Shown: one piece after another, positions 28,348-36,941 of the stretch
Layout of the letters: each line of letters opens with the position of its first letter
Numbering within the stretch: the first letter of the stretch is position 1
From: a virus
Taxonomy: Duplodnaviria > Caudoviricetes
IMG/VR virus record: IMGVR_UViG_3300020045_018018
Location: 1 to 41,719 of that record
Strand: one strand, 5' to 3'
Length of the DNA: 41,719 bases
Program-made: the position numbers and the translations under genes
The notes under the pieces: generated by a model
Database searches by the model: none
Seen by the model: the letters and a program-made list of their open reading frames with translations, nothing else
What the model was told of the DNA's origin: nothing

Positions 28348-28471
28348 AGCAGAGACGGGATTTGAACCCGCATATATAGACCCGAATCGATCTATGTGTT
28401 ACCATTTTAAAAATCATTCATAGCCTTGCTAGCAAACCACGCCTTATTTTAAAATATTTCACCACTCTGCT
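28348..28471 (-). ncRNA. tRNA-like RNA with long D-loop insertion (element B)
   Basis: AGCAGAG/CTCTGCT acceptor, GTG-AAAT[insert]GGTAA-CAC D arm, ATAGA/TCTAT stem with non-canonical loop, GCGGG-TTCAAAT-CCCGT T arm. Confidence 0.75.
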
Positions 28472-28476
28472 TATTT

Positions 28477-29448
28477 TTAAAACAATGTTTGTTTTTTCTT
28501 TTCTTCTTTTTTTGGTTCTTTTGCATCCGGGATATTCCCAAATTCTGGCTCTTTTTCTTCAGGGATTTCTTCTTTTACGTTTCTTTTTGCCTCTTTGAAA
28601 TTTTCAATTGATTCGTCGGCAATTTCGCTCGCAATATCTTCCATTGACCTAACATTTTCAGGAATATTTTCTTCACGTTCAGAATAAAAAGCGTTTGCAA
28701 GTTCATCTTTGACATCTGCATAAGGTCGACAAAACGCCTTGATTGCTGTTTTTTCAATCATAGGTATTTCGTCCGTAACCCATGCCGAAGTCGAAACTTT
28801 TTTTGCAAGATAATCCTGATAAGTTTTTGAATGATTATCCCTAATTTCAAAAATTCTTGAAACCGGATAAAATTCGGCTTCTTTTTTGCCGTCTAGATGA
28901 ATTGCTTGTACCCAACATCCGATTGCCTTGCCTCGATCTTCATCAATGAAAATAGGGTGATCCACTTCACCGGTAGCACGGTTTATTTTAATATTATTTT
29001 TTTCTTTTTCGTAAACTACGCCCCAGAGTAAATCTTTGAAAATTGGTTTTTCTCCGCCACACAAAAGGGCGTGGTAGCCTTCACGTTTTATCTGAAAACT
29101 TGCTTCCTTGATCCATATATCTGCATTTCCAGAGCGAACTTTTTTTGAATAAGGGATAGCGTAAGCGTGTTTTTCAAGTTCAAGCCCTGTTTTCAAACAA
29201 TCGTCAATTAACATATAGATTGAAACTTTACCTTGATGAGTATTAAAGCAATCCTTGAGATTGTCGTTTTTGATAATACTTGCAATAGTGCGCATAAGGA
29301 ATTGATCTTGTTTATCTGGGCTTGAATTTCTTAACGAATCGCTTGCACGTTTCATCATTCGATCTTTATAAGTCGAAACCATTGACATTAACGATTTTTC
29401 GTTTGGCTGCAATAATTCAATCGGGGACAGTTCTTTTTTATCGGTCAT
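28477..29448 (-). CDS. RecT-family single-strand annealing protein
   Basis: KTGLELEKHAYAIPY, FQIKREGY, AWVTDEIPMIEKTAIK; near YqaJ exonuclease. Confidence 0.85.
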   Translation of the reverse strand: MTDKKELSPIELLQPNEKSLMSMVSTYKDRMMKRASDSLRNSSPDKQDQFLMRTIASIIKNDNLKDCFNTHQGKVSIYMLIDDCLKTGLELEKHAYAIPYSKKVRSGNADIWIKEASFQIKREGYHALLCGGEKPIFKDLLWGVVYEKEKNNIKINRATGEVDHPIFIDEDRGKAIGCWVQAIHLDGKKEAEFYPVSRIFEIRDNHSKTYQDYLAKKVSTSAWVTDEIPMIEKTAIKAFCRPYADVKDELANAFYSEREENIPENVRSMEDIASEIADESIENFKEAKRNVKEEIPEEKEPEFGNIPDAKEPKKEEKKKQTLF

Positions 29449-29459
29449 CAAAATACTCC

Positions 29460-29636
29460 TTAATTTAAATTAATTTCTTTAGTCTTCCCTATTTTTATTT
29501 TATTGTTTTTTAAATCAATTTTAATTGCGTCTTGAAGAAATAATCTTCGACATTCAGAAATACTATTGCATATTTTTTCTTTTAATAATAAATTTATAAT
29601 TGAATTTTTAACAGAATCAGTTTGTTCTTCGGTCAT
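29460..29636 (-). CDS. 58-aa protein resembling the S4-like C-terminal domain of TyrRS
   Basis: MTEEQTDSVKNSIINLLLKEKICNSISECRRLFLQDAIKIDLKNNKIKIGKTKEINLN; RBS AAGGAG; below ORF-track cutoff. Confidence 0.6.
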   Translation of the reverse strand: MTEEQTDSVKNSIINLLLKEKICNSISECRRLFLQDAIKIDLKNNKIKIGKTKEINLN

Positions 29637-29841
29637 AAATTTTTTTCTCCTTAATTATTGTATTATAAAAAACTCTGCCTTCATCAAAAATAACTTGTTG
29701 CGCAAAATAACAATTATATTTTTACATAACTTCATTAATTTCCTTGGTGCAAATTTGGGCAATGTTTTTTACAGGTTCTTCAAGTTTTATTTCATTTCCA
29801 GCAACATCTTTAATTATATTGCTTAATTTGTCTTTTTTCAA
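29617..29841 (-). pseudogene. Small gene with internal TAA
   Basis: TTG start after AAGGAG; ...CTKEINEVM*KYNCYFAQQVIFDEGRVFYNTIIKEKK...; frame continues 34 codons and overlaps next gene. Confidence 0.55.
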
Positions 29842-29853
29842 GATAGACTCCTT

Positions 29854-30189
29854 TTATTTTTTTATTTCCAGATTTAATTTATTATTTGAATCAAGCAAAT
29901 TTTCATCGGTTTTTAATATTTTATCAATAGTTGACCCTGACCAAAAATATTGATCTGCTGTGTATTCAGTATGATATTTTTGATTGATTATCTTTACTGT
30001 TATTTTCGCTGAATAATAAAAAGGTATCATAATCAACATGATAATTATAACAATCCCAAAAATTACATTTATTATTTGCAACATTAGAGAAATCCCGTCA
30101 TGATCATCGTTGTACAATCTAATCGCAATTACCCATAAAGCAAATGAAAAAATAATTGCCAAAAATAAACCTAAAATAAAAATTAACAT
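29854..30189 (-). CDS. Membrane protein (2 TM), hypothetical
   Basis: Two hydrophobic segments; RBS AAGGAG. Confidence 0.75.
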   Translation of the reverse strand: MLIFILGLFLAIIFSFALWVIAIRLYNDDHDGISLMLQIINVIFGIVIIIMLIMIPFYYSAKITVKIINQKYHTEYTADQYFWSGSTIDKILKTDENLLDSNNKLNLEIKK

Positions 30190-30219
30190 AATAACGCTCC
30201 TTAAATTTAAAATTTCCTT

Positions 30220-30390
30220 TTAATAAATAATTTTTCTTAAAATAACCTGGTTAATATTTTTTTGAATAAATGCTACTTTTTCACCGATATTCCGATCTTG
30301 CTTCAAAAATATTAGCATTGCCTCTGCTTTTTGGTTATCTTTTCTTTGTTCAAGATAATCGACAACTTTTTTGATTTGTTCTTCGGTCAT
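30220..30390 (-). CDS. Small hypothetical protein (56 aa)
   Basis: MTEEQIKKVVDYLEQRKDNQKAEAMLIF...; RBS AGGAG. Confidence 0.6.
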   Translation of the reverse strand: MTEEQIKKVVDYLEQRKDNQKAEAMLIFLKQDRNIGEKVAFIQKNINQVILRKIIY

Positions 30391-30414
30391 AAATTAAACT
30401 CCTATTAAATTATT

Positions 30415-30618
30415 TTAAAAAATATCATCCGGTTCATATAAAATAATACTATTAACTTCATTTACAACTTTATATTCTTTCGCTTCCAAAATAAAAAATT
30501 TAACTTCTTTATTTAACAAAGCAAGTCTTTTCGCTTCTAATGAAGCGGACTCATAATTTTCATGTTTCTTTGCAGTATAACCCGTATTTTCATTCCAGAC
30601 TAGCTAAAATTTATTCAT
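30415..30618 (-). pseudogene. Small phage protein with internal TAG at codon 5
   Basis: MNKF*LVWNENTGYTAKKHENYESASLEAKRLALLNKEVKFFILEA...; RBS GAGG; resembles a phage family recalled as FWxVW...H...A..EAERLA...FFVLEA. Confidence 0.65.
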
Positions 30619-30624
30619 ATTAAT

Positions 30625-31662
30625 TCACCTCACATATCTTACAACGTTTTTTTCAATAATTCCATCATTTTTTAAATTTTCATAAATATCTGGTTTTTTT
30701 TCTTTTAAATCTTTTAAAGAAATCGATTCTTTTTCAAACATGGTTTGTGAGCACACTTTTTGATTGTTTTCGTCAAATAAGTAGCGATTTTCGCCAATCA
30801 AAACCATAAGGCTGTTGTTAATATCCTCGATCTCATCCTGATATTTTTTAACTTTGCCAGATAAAAACGATTTTCGTTCTTTCATTTTATTTGCGAACTC
30901 GGATTCACTTCCCAAAAGATAAGCAGTTTTTTCCTGGACATCGGGAAATAATTTTTTTACATCATCAGAATTTATCGGCATCGGACTTTTATCTTTTTTG
31001 ATACAAAACATAAATCTTGATCCAATATCAATAAGTTTTTCCTGAATTTTCTTACTTGCCTTTATTTCGTAAGAAAGTTCTTCGTTCGTATCAATGAGTG
31101 CTCTCAAAATCGCTTTGTCAAGTCCCGTGCATAATAATTGCCACTGTGTCTGAATATAATATTTTAAAGGGATCCCATTTTCATTATTAACGTCCGGGTC
31201 GAACCCGTCCATTTCATTTCGTCTGATATTTGCAAATCTACGCCCGGACTTTGCCTCTATATTTAAATGTTCTTCCATATCAATTAAGTCTGGATGAGCG
31301 ATTGCAAAATGATAATCTGGATGCTGAAATTCTGTAAAAGGAAAAAATCTTGTAGCGGGTTTGTAACCTGGTTTTCTTGCTTTTTTGTGTGTTATATAAT
31401 CAAGTTCAAATTCGTAAGCCGTTTGGGAATCTGAAACCGATTCTATATATGAAGCCAAAATATTCGGCTCGTGTCTATGCCCCCATGTTGTTGAATTATT
31501 CCCTTGAAACGCTTCCTGTTTGCCGGTTTTTATTCTCCAAAGTTCGTAGGGAGTGCAAAAGTTAGACAATCCCAATAAAATTGGCATATCCGACGCACCT
31601 ATTGTTTTATGCCTGGATTTATGGAAAGACTCTTCGTCAAGGATAAATTTAAAATGATTCAT
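30625..31662 (-). CDS. YqaJ-family (lambda exonuclease-like) recombinase
   Basis: RHKTIGASDMPILLGLS, TPYELW, WGHRHEP, AHPD, IEAK, IPLKYYIQTQWQL. Confidence 0.92.
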   Translation of the reverse strand: MNHFKFILDEESFHKSRHKTIGASDMPILLGLSNFCTPYELWRIKTGKQEAFQGNNSTTWGHRHEPNILASYIESVSDSQTAYEFELDYITHKKARKPGYKPATRFFPFTEFQHPDYHFAIAHPDLIDMEEHLNIEAKSGRRFANIRRNEMDGFDPDVNNENGIPLKYYIQTQWQLLCTGLDKAILRALIDTNEELSYEIKASKKIQEKLIDIGSRFMFCIKKDKSPMPINSDDVKKLFPDVQEKTAYLLGSESEFANKMKERKSFLSGKVKKYQDEIEDINNSLMVLIGENRYLFDENNQKVCSQTMFEKESISLKDLKEKKPDIYENLKNDGIIEKNVVRYVR

Positions 31663-31922
31663 TAATTTTCTCCGATTGTGCAGGCTATTATATTAAAACA
31701 AAAATCGATAAATTCTCTTTTACAATAAATTTCAACTTGGTCAATTGAAGATATGTTACAATTAAAAAGTTTTTTAAAAATAACAGTCCCGTGACAATAA
31801 TGAATAATTATTCCATATTCTTCGGAAGAAAAACCTATTTCAAATTTACCGATTAATACCGATTCTTTGCATAGATTTTTTAATATTTTTTCTGCCTCAA
31901 TAAAAACATCATTATTTTGCAT
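31662..31922 (-). CDS. Hypothetical protein
   Basis: RBS GGGGAG; coupled to YqaJ. Confidence 0.65.
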   Translation of the reverse strand: MQNNDVFIEAEKILKNLCKESVLIGKFEIGFSSEEYGIIIHYCHGTVIFKKLFNCNISSIDQVEIYCKREFIDFCFNIIACTIGEN

Positions 31923-31943
31923 AAAAATAACTCCCCTAAAATA

Positions 31944-32111
31944 TTATTTTTTAAAATCCCTTTCAATTTTTTCATCAACGGCATCCGACACAAATTCCGT
32001 AAGATTATCAACGCCATAAAGTAACATTTTTTCATAAGCAGGTTCAAAAATTCTTGCCATATGGGTCGGCGGTTTTCGTTTATTTTTTTTTATATTTTTT
32101 GAATTAAGCAT
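31944..32111 (-). CDS. Small ribbon-helix-helix-like DNA-binding protein (55 aa)
   Basis: ...THMARIFEPAYEKMLLYGVDNLTEFVSDAVDEKIERDFKK; TAATG-coupled to YopX. Confidence 0.5.
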   Translation of the reverse strand: MLNSKNIKKNKRKPPTHMARIFEPAYEKMLLYGVDNLTEFVSDAVDEKIERDFKK

Positions 32112-32491
32112 TATTTTGACTCCAATAATTCAGGATTTTCATAAATATTGCCGATGATTTCAACAATACATCCGGTAGAAGGGTAAAAATGATTTATATC
32201 AATTGGAATTAAATTTTTATTTGTGGCACAAAAGCCACCCTCAATGAATTTTATTTGATAGTTTTGAGGGCTATAATCAATTGCTTTTATAATATCTCCT
32301 TCATAAATTTCTTTTCCGTTTTTATCTTTCAATCCTGTGTATTGCATTATTTTGCATTCAACAAGTTCAATATATTCATCAATATTTCCATAAAAGAATA
32401 TTCCAAAATCAATATTTAATAAGTTAATATTGTTTATAATTTTTTTAATTGCTTTATCCCATGCCCTAAATTTTATCTCTCTCATATCCAT
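32111..32491 (-). CDS. YopX-family protein
   Basis: REIKFRAWDK, MQYTGLKDKNGKEIYEGDII, EIIGNIYENPELL. Confidence 0.95.
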   Translation of the reverse strand: MDMREIKFRAWDKAIKKIINNINLLNIDFGIFFYGNIDEYIELVECKIMQYTGLKDKNGKEIYEGDIIKAIDYSPQNYQIKFIEGGFCATNKNLIPIDINHFYPSTGCIVEIIGNIYENPELLESK

Positions 32492-32503
32492 CCTTTCCTT
32501 ATA

Positions 32504-32532
32504 ATTTTAATTAAATATTTACGATTTGTCAA
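32504..32532 (-). promoter_or_regulatory. Near-consensus sigma70 promoter (leftward)
   Basis: TTGACA-17 bp-TAAAAT upstream of yopX-family gene. Confidence 0.8.
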
Positions 32533-32553
32533 GTAAAATGTTTAATTTTTAAA

Positions 32554-33399
32554 TTATTTTAATAAATTTGTAAATATTTTTTCAAGAACATTGACTACGA
32601 TTGAATTTCCTGCTATATAATATATATTTTTATCTGGAATATTTTTAATTTTATTTATTTCGTTATTAAAACCCATTAATTTTAGACATTCTGTCGGAGT
32701 TATTTTGCGTTCGTTATTTATATATAATTGATTTGTAGTCATTATTGTCGGACAACATTTAAAATATTTGCGAATGTCATTTAGTTTTAATCTTGATTTA
32801 AGATAGTTTCTATCGTATATAAAAATACAGTCCGGTATTATTTCATTTAATTTTTTCATTTTTATTTTATTTGGTATCCAAAAATATTTATCAACATCTT
32901 TTCGTATTGAGACACAAAAAACACGTTCCCCATTTTGTGGTATATCGTAATCTTTTGCATTTAATAACATCGAATAATTAACATATCCAAAACCACTTAA
33001 TTTATTTAGCCATTCTTGATATTGACTATAAAACTTTTCACTTATTAAGTTTTTGACATTTTCTAATAATAAATATTTAGGTTTTTCAGTCATTCCGTTT
33101 AATAGTCTTTCAACTTCAAATAATAAACCTGACCGAGTGCCTTCTTTTATACCTTGTTGTTTACCTGCAATTGATAAATCTTGACACGGGAAACTATAAG
33201 TCAACAAATCACAATAAAACAAACTTTCAATTTTAGTTATATCACCAAAATTATTTACTTTTCCGTGTAATTGTTCATAGGCTTTTATTGTCCATTTGTC
33301 TATTTCTGAAATACCAATTACTTCATGTTCTATTCCTATGTTTTTTAGTGCTTGTGTTTGACTTCCAATTCCTGCAAACAATTCTATAACTTTTAACAT
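32554..33399 (-). CDS. C5 cytosine DNA methyltransferase
   Basis: ELFAGIG, SFPCQDLS, LENV, PQNGERVF, AGNSIVV. Confidence 0.95.
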   Translation of the reverse strand: MLKVIELFAGIGSQTQALKNIGIEHEVIGISEIDKWTIKAYEQLHGKVNNFGDITKIESLFYCDLLTYSFPCQDLSIAGKQQGIKEGTRSGLLFEVERLLNGMTEKPKYLLLENVKNLISEKFYSQYQEWLNKLSGFGYVNYSMLLNAKDYDIPQNGERVFCVSIRKDVDKYFWIPNKIKMKKLNEIIPDCIFIYDRNYLKSRLKLNDIRKYFKCCPTIMTTNQLYINNERKITPTECLKLMGFNNEINKIKNIPDKNIYYIAGNSIVVNVLEKIFTNLLK

Positions 33400-34869
33400 T
33401 TAATTTTTATCCTTAAAATATAAATCCCATGTTTCCTGCATCCATTTTTGATTTTTGCCAAAAGCCTTACAAATCATAGCAAGTCGATCTTTTGTATCAT
33501 AATCTTGATTTTCTTTTAACATTTTTAGCCGTTTTATAATTTCGGTGTCAATATCTTCTTCCTGGAATTCCATGATTTCGGCTTCATCCATTGCAAAAAT
33601 ACCGGTTTGAATTTCGGGTGGTTCAACCATAAATAAAGGTGCATTAATTATTTTTATATTTTCTGGTTTTTCAGGCTTAATCAAAGTCATATCATTTCCG
33701 CAATAAGGACATATTTTTTCAAAACGCATAACCCAGGCTGCGCAATTCGGGCATTGCCTAATTTGAATTTCATCTTCTTTTGGGTCTTTAATTTTGCCTT
33801 CGAGCGTCCATTCCCGCCGTAATAACGGATGACCTAATTTTGTGAAACAATTACCAGCCTGGTCTATTACAATTGCATGTTTTTTTCCTGGGCAGCGTCT
33901 TAATGCTCGTCCGATTTGTTGAAGATAGACTATTATTGACATGGTTAACCGTCTTATGATACACCCAGCCAGAATTGGTATATCGATTCCTTCCGACAAC
34001 AAGTTATAAGAACAAACCGCATTCATTGTCCCGTTTGACAATCCGCCGATAAATTTAGTTCGATCTTCAATATTTAATTCGTCATAGACCGCTTCACATT
34101 TCCAGCCTGCCGAGCGCATAAGGCTTGCAATTAATTTGCAATCCTCAACAGAACAACAAAATATAATGCAGGGAGCCCCGTTAAAATATTTTTTATAACA
34201 ATTTACGGTATCGTATACAATCGCTTTTTGTTTTGTGAATTCGAATTGGCTTTCTTTTTCAAAATCTCCATTTTTTACTTTAAATTTTTGCTTTCTAAAT
34301 AATTCAGTTGTTTCCGAAGACAATAAAACAAGGGGTGTCAAATAACCAGTATTTATGAGATCAATCGTTTGAACACTTTGAATTAACGCCGTATATCCTG
34401 CCAGATTTAATCCCTGTCCATCGGTTCTGGCAGGAGTAGCCGAAAATCCAATTGCCCTGCAATCTTCCCATTTATTTAATATAGTTGCATTTGTTTTTGA
34501 TACCGACCTATGACATTCATCTAATTGAATTAATTCAGGTCTTATTTTGTCAAAATATTTTAATTTGTTGAAAATTGTTTGCGTCATACCGACTTGCGTA
34601 TAATTTGAAGTCATTCTCTGCCCTGATAAAATTTGTCCTGGGTAAACATCATTTTTTATGCAATGCCCGACTAATTGTTTATGAATTTCAATTCTATGCG
34701 ATAATAACCAATTACGCTTTTTTTGTTCTGCCATGATTTTTGCGATATATCCGATGAGTACTCCCTTCCCTGATCCTGTCGGCGCCTGAACTAATATCAT
34801 TCGATGTTTTTTTTCAAATAATTCTCGAATTTTATTAAAAATATCTTGTTGATATGGGCGAAGTTGCAT
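33400..34869 (-). CDS. SF2 DEAD/DEAH-box helicase with C-terminal Zn ribbon
   Basis: LRPYQ, APTGSGK, DECH, SATPARTDG, SEGIDIP, QQIGRALR, CPNC..CPYC. Confidence 0.95.
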   Translation of the reverse strand: MQLRPYQQDIFNKIRELFEKKHRMILVQAPTGSGKGVLIGYIAKIMAEQKKRNWLLSHRIEIHKQLVGHCIKNDVYPGQILSGQRMTSNYTQVGMTQTIFNKLKYFDKIRPELIQLDECHRSVSKTNATILNKWEDCRAIGFSATPARTDGQGLNLAGYTALIQSVQTIDLINTGYLTPLVLLSSETTELFRKQKFKVKNGDFEKESQFEFTKQKAIVYDTVNCYKKYFNGAPCIIFCCSVEDCKLIASLMRSAGWKCEAVYDELNIEDRTKFIGGLSNGTMNAVCSYNLLSEGIDIPILAGCIIRRLTMSIIVYLQQIGRALRRCPGKKHAIVIDQAGNCFTKLGHPLLRREWTLEGKIKDPKEDEIQIRQCPNCAAWVMRFEKICPYCGNDMTLIKPEKPENIKIINAPLFMVEPPEIQTGIFAMDEAEIMEFQEEDIDTEIIKRLKMLKENQDYDTKDRLAMICKAFGKNQKWMQETWDLYFKDKN

Positions 34870-35049
34870 TTATTTACAATCCTCATTTAATGTAAATTCT
34901 TCAGTTGAGTACCCGTCGGCTTTAAAATACTCATCTTCATTTTTTTTAATTGTTTTAATTCTATTTTCTGCTTTTTCTTTTGAATCATAAATTCCCATAA
35001 TATTAAAGCCTTCGTAGTCAATTTCTTGTTTGCATACAAATAATTTCAT
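34870..35049 (-). CDS. Small hypothetical protein (59 aa)
   Basis: MKLFVCKQEIDYEGFNIMGIYDSKEKAE...; RBS GGAGG. Confidence 0.7.
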   Translation of the reverse strand: MKLFVCKQEIDYEGFNIMGIYDSKEKAENRIKTIKKNEDEYFKADGYSTEEFTLNEDCK

Positions 35050-35147
35050 TTAATTTCCTCCATCAATTTTATAATAACCCATGCAGAAAAAATTAACATT
35101 AAAATAAATGCGATTAAATTTTGTTTGATGATTTTAAATAGTTTCAT
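35046..35147 (-). CDS. Small TM peptide (33 aa)
   Basis: MKLFKIIKQNLIAFILMLIFSAWVIIKLMEEIK; ATGA overlaps at both ends. Confidence 0.55.
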   Translation of the reverse strand: MKLFKIIKQNLIAFILMLIFSAWVIIKLMEEIK

Positions 35148-35422
35148 TTTTTTTCCCATAAAGGATTTTCTATTTTCCAATTTAAAAAAAGATCTAATTC
35201 TGCAAATCCTGAAACTGAATATCCTAAATCCATATAAAATTTTGCATATTCAATTTTAGAAAATTTATTATCATTAAAATCAATTCTTAGATGATTTAAA
35301 TCAATTTTCCCTGAATCAACTAAAAAACAAATTAAATTATTTTTGATAAACCTTTGAATTCCTTTTTCATCGATAATAGTATTATATTCTTTACCACTGA
35401 TTTTTATTTTTATTCTTTTCAT
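35144..35422 (-). CDS. Hypothetical phage protein
   Basis: IDEKGIQRF..N...IDLN..., LGYSVSGFAEL; ATG after GGAG. Confidence 0.75.
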   Translation of the reverse strand: MKRIKIKISGKEYNTIIDEKGIQRFIKNNLICFLVDSGKIDLNHLRIDFNDNKFSKIEYAKFYMDLGYSVSGFAELDLFLNWKIENPLWEKK

Positions 35423-35865
35423 ATTAAACTCCATTTTTCTAAATAAAATCCGTGTTTTATTACAAAATTAGGACTTTCGGGATTATCTCTTTTATTGTTT
35501 AGCACACAATCAAGACTTTCAATAGTTCTCATTTTAGATTTATTTTTAATATTTATCTCATGTACTATAAAATAATTCCCGCCCATTTCAGCAATCATAT
35601 TTGCAAAGCCAATTTGATCTTTTGACATTTTATCTTTAGCGGTTTTTATTTCGTAGAATTCAACAGATAAGAATTTAGATTTTCCAAAATAATTTTTTTT
35701 TGGAACAAAAGCAATCCAATCCGCCCCGCCTTTATTCGGAATTCCATATCTCACAAATCCTTTTTCGGTTTTTACACAACCGGCATTGTTGCGGTAAATT
35801 TTTGCTTCCGGGTTATTTTGCTGGAACCAAATAAGGAAACGTTTTGATAATTCATTTGCTGTCAT
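35419..35865 (-). CDS. VRR-NUC domain nuclease
   Basis: YRNNAG, GGADWI, EIKT, SKDQ..F....EMGG. Confidence 0.85.
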   Translation of the reverse strand: MTANELSKRFLIWFQQNNPEAKIYRNNAGCVKTEKGFVRYGIPNKGGADWIAFVPKKNYFGKSKFLSVEFYEIKTAKDKMSKDQIGFANMIAEMGGNYFIVHEINIKNKSKMRTIESLDCVLNNKRDNPESPNFVIKHGFYLEKWSLI

Positions 35866-35870
35866 TTTTT

Positions 35871-36059
35871 TTACCTTAAACTTTCTATTATTTTTTTAAC
35901 TCTTTGCCTAAATGAATAATCAGATTCTTCATAATACAATAACTTAACATTTTCATTTTCATCTTCAAAATAAACAGGATTACAACATTGATCTGTTTCT
36001 ATATCTGAAATCATTCTGTCAATTTTTGGCATATTTATTATTATTTCATTTGCCGTCAT
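35871..36059 (-). CDS. Hypothetical protein
   Basis: RBS GAGG; packed in operon. Confidence 0.65.
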   Translation of the reverse strand: MTANEIIINMPKIDRMISDIETDQCCNPVYFEDENENVKLLYYEESDYSFRQRVKKIIESLR

Positions 36060-36232
36060 TTTAATTCCTCGATTGCCTTGATTAAATTATGTAGTCTATA
36101 TTTTCGTCCGTTAAATTTAAAATCAAAACTTATAACGGTATCCGTCTCTATAATTAAATCTTCGTCTTTGCCAAAATTTTCTACAACCTGACAACCTATT
36201 ATCAAGTTTTTTATTTTATAATTTTTACTCAT
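36056..36232 (-). CDS. Small hypothetical protein (58 aa)
   Basis: MSKNYKIKNLIIGCQVVENFGKDEDLII...; ATGA overlaps at both ends. Confidence 0.65.
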   Translation of the reverse strand: MSKNYKIKNLIIGCQVVENFGKDEDLIIETDTVISFDFKFNGRKYRLHNLIKAIEELK

Positions 36233-36573
36233 ATAGTTTCACCCCATTTTTTACCCGTTGCTTTTTCGATAAGTTTTATATACCTGCAATTCTGGCAATT
36301 TATATCTTCGCATTTTATAGAATATTTAAAAAGTTCTTCTGAACAATATTGACATTTTTCACCTGTTAATTCAATTAAAGCCATTAACATTTCAGGTGCG
36401 TAAGAAATTAAACGAGCGTTTCTTGCTATTTCTATTTCTTGTATATGAAAAGGAATTATTGCAATTGTTTTTTTATTTTTATTACAAATTTTAAAATAAG
36501 TATTAATAATTTTTTGATCTTCTTCTTGAGACAAATTCCATTCGCCATTTGTAAAATCAAACTTATTTATCAT
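36229..36573 (-). CDS. Hypothetical phage protein
   Basis: FTNGEW...NARLISYAPEMLMAL...IEKATG, a common phage small-protein pattern. Confidence 0.8.
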   Translation of the reverse strand: MINKFDFTNGEWNLSQEEDQKIINTYFKICNKNKKTIAIIPFHIQEIEIARNARLISYAPEMLMALIELTGEKCQYCSEELFKYSIKCEDINCQNCRYIKLIEKATGKKWGETI

Positions 36574-36880
36574 AATCTTCCTCCATTTTATTTAATTGCA
36601 TTTCAACTTTTTTGCATGAAAAAATACAATGCCTGCCGTATTTTGAATTACATGATTTACATTTTTGTTTGTCTTTGCTTTTTAATCGGGCGTCAATAAT
36701 AATTCCGATAAAAATAAAAATTAAAACAATAGTAAAAATAATAAGTTGAATGTAAATTTTCAGAATGAACTCCTTTTATTAAAATTTAAAATAAGTCCAA
36801 TAATTATAATTAAAAATAAAATAGGAAATAAAATTATACAAATAAATATTTTCATTTTTAAATTACTCTATTAAAAATAT

Positions 36881-36940
36881 GCCCGTCTATTTCCGAGCTG
36901 TCAACCTGCCCAGCGCAGGATTTTTTACCTGGAGGAGTAA
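36881..36940 (-). other. GC-rich double-hairpin intergenic element
   Basis: CCTGC-gctgg-GCAGG, TTGACA, then GCTCG-gaaataga-CGGGC. Confidence 0.55.
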
Positions 36941-36941
36941 T

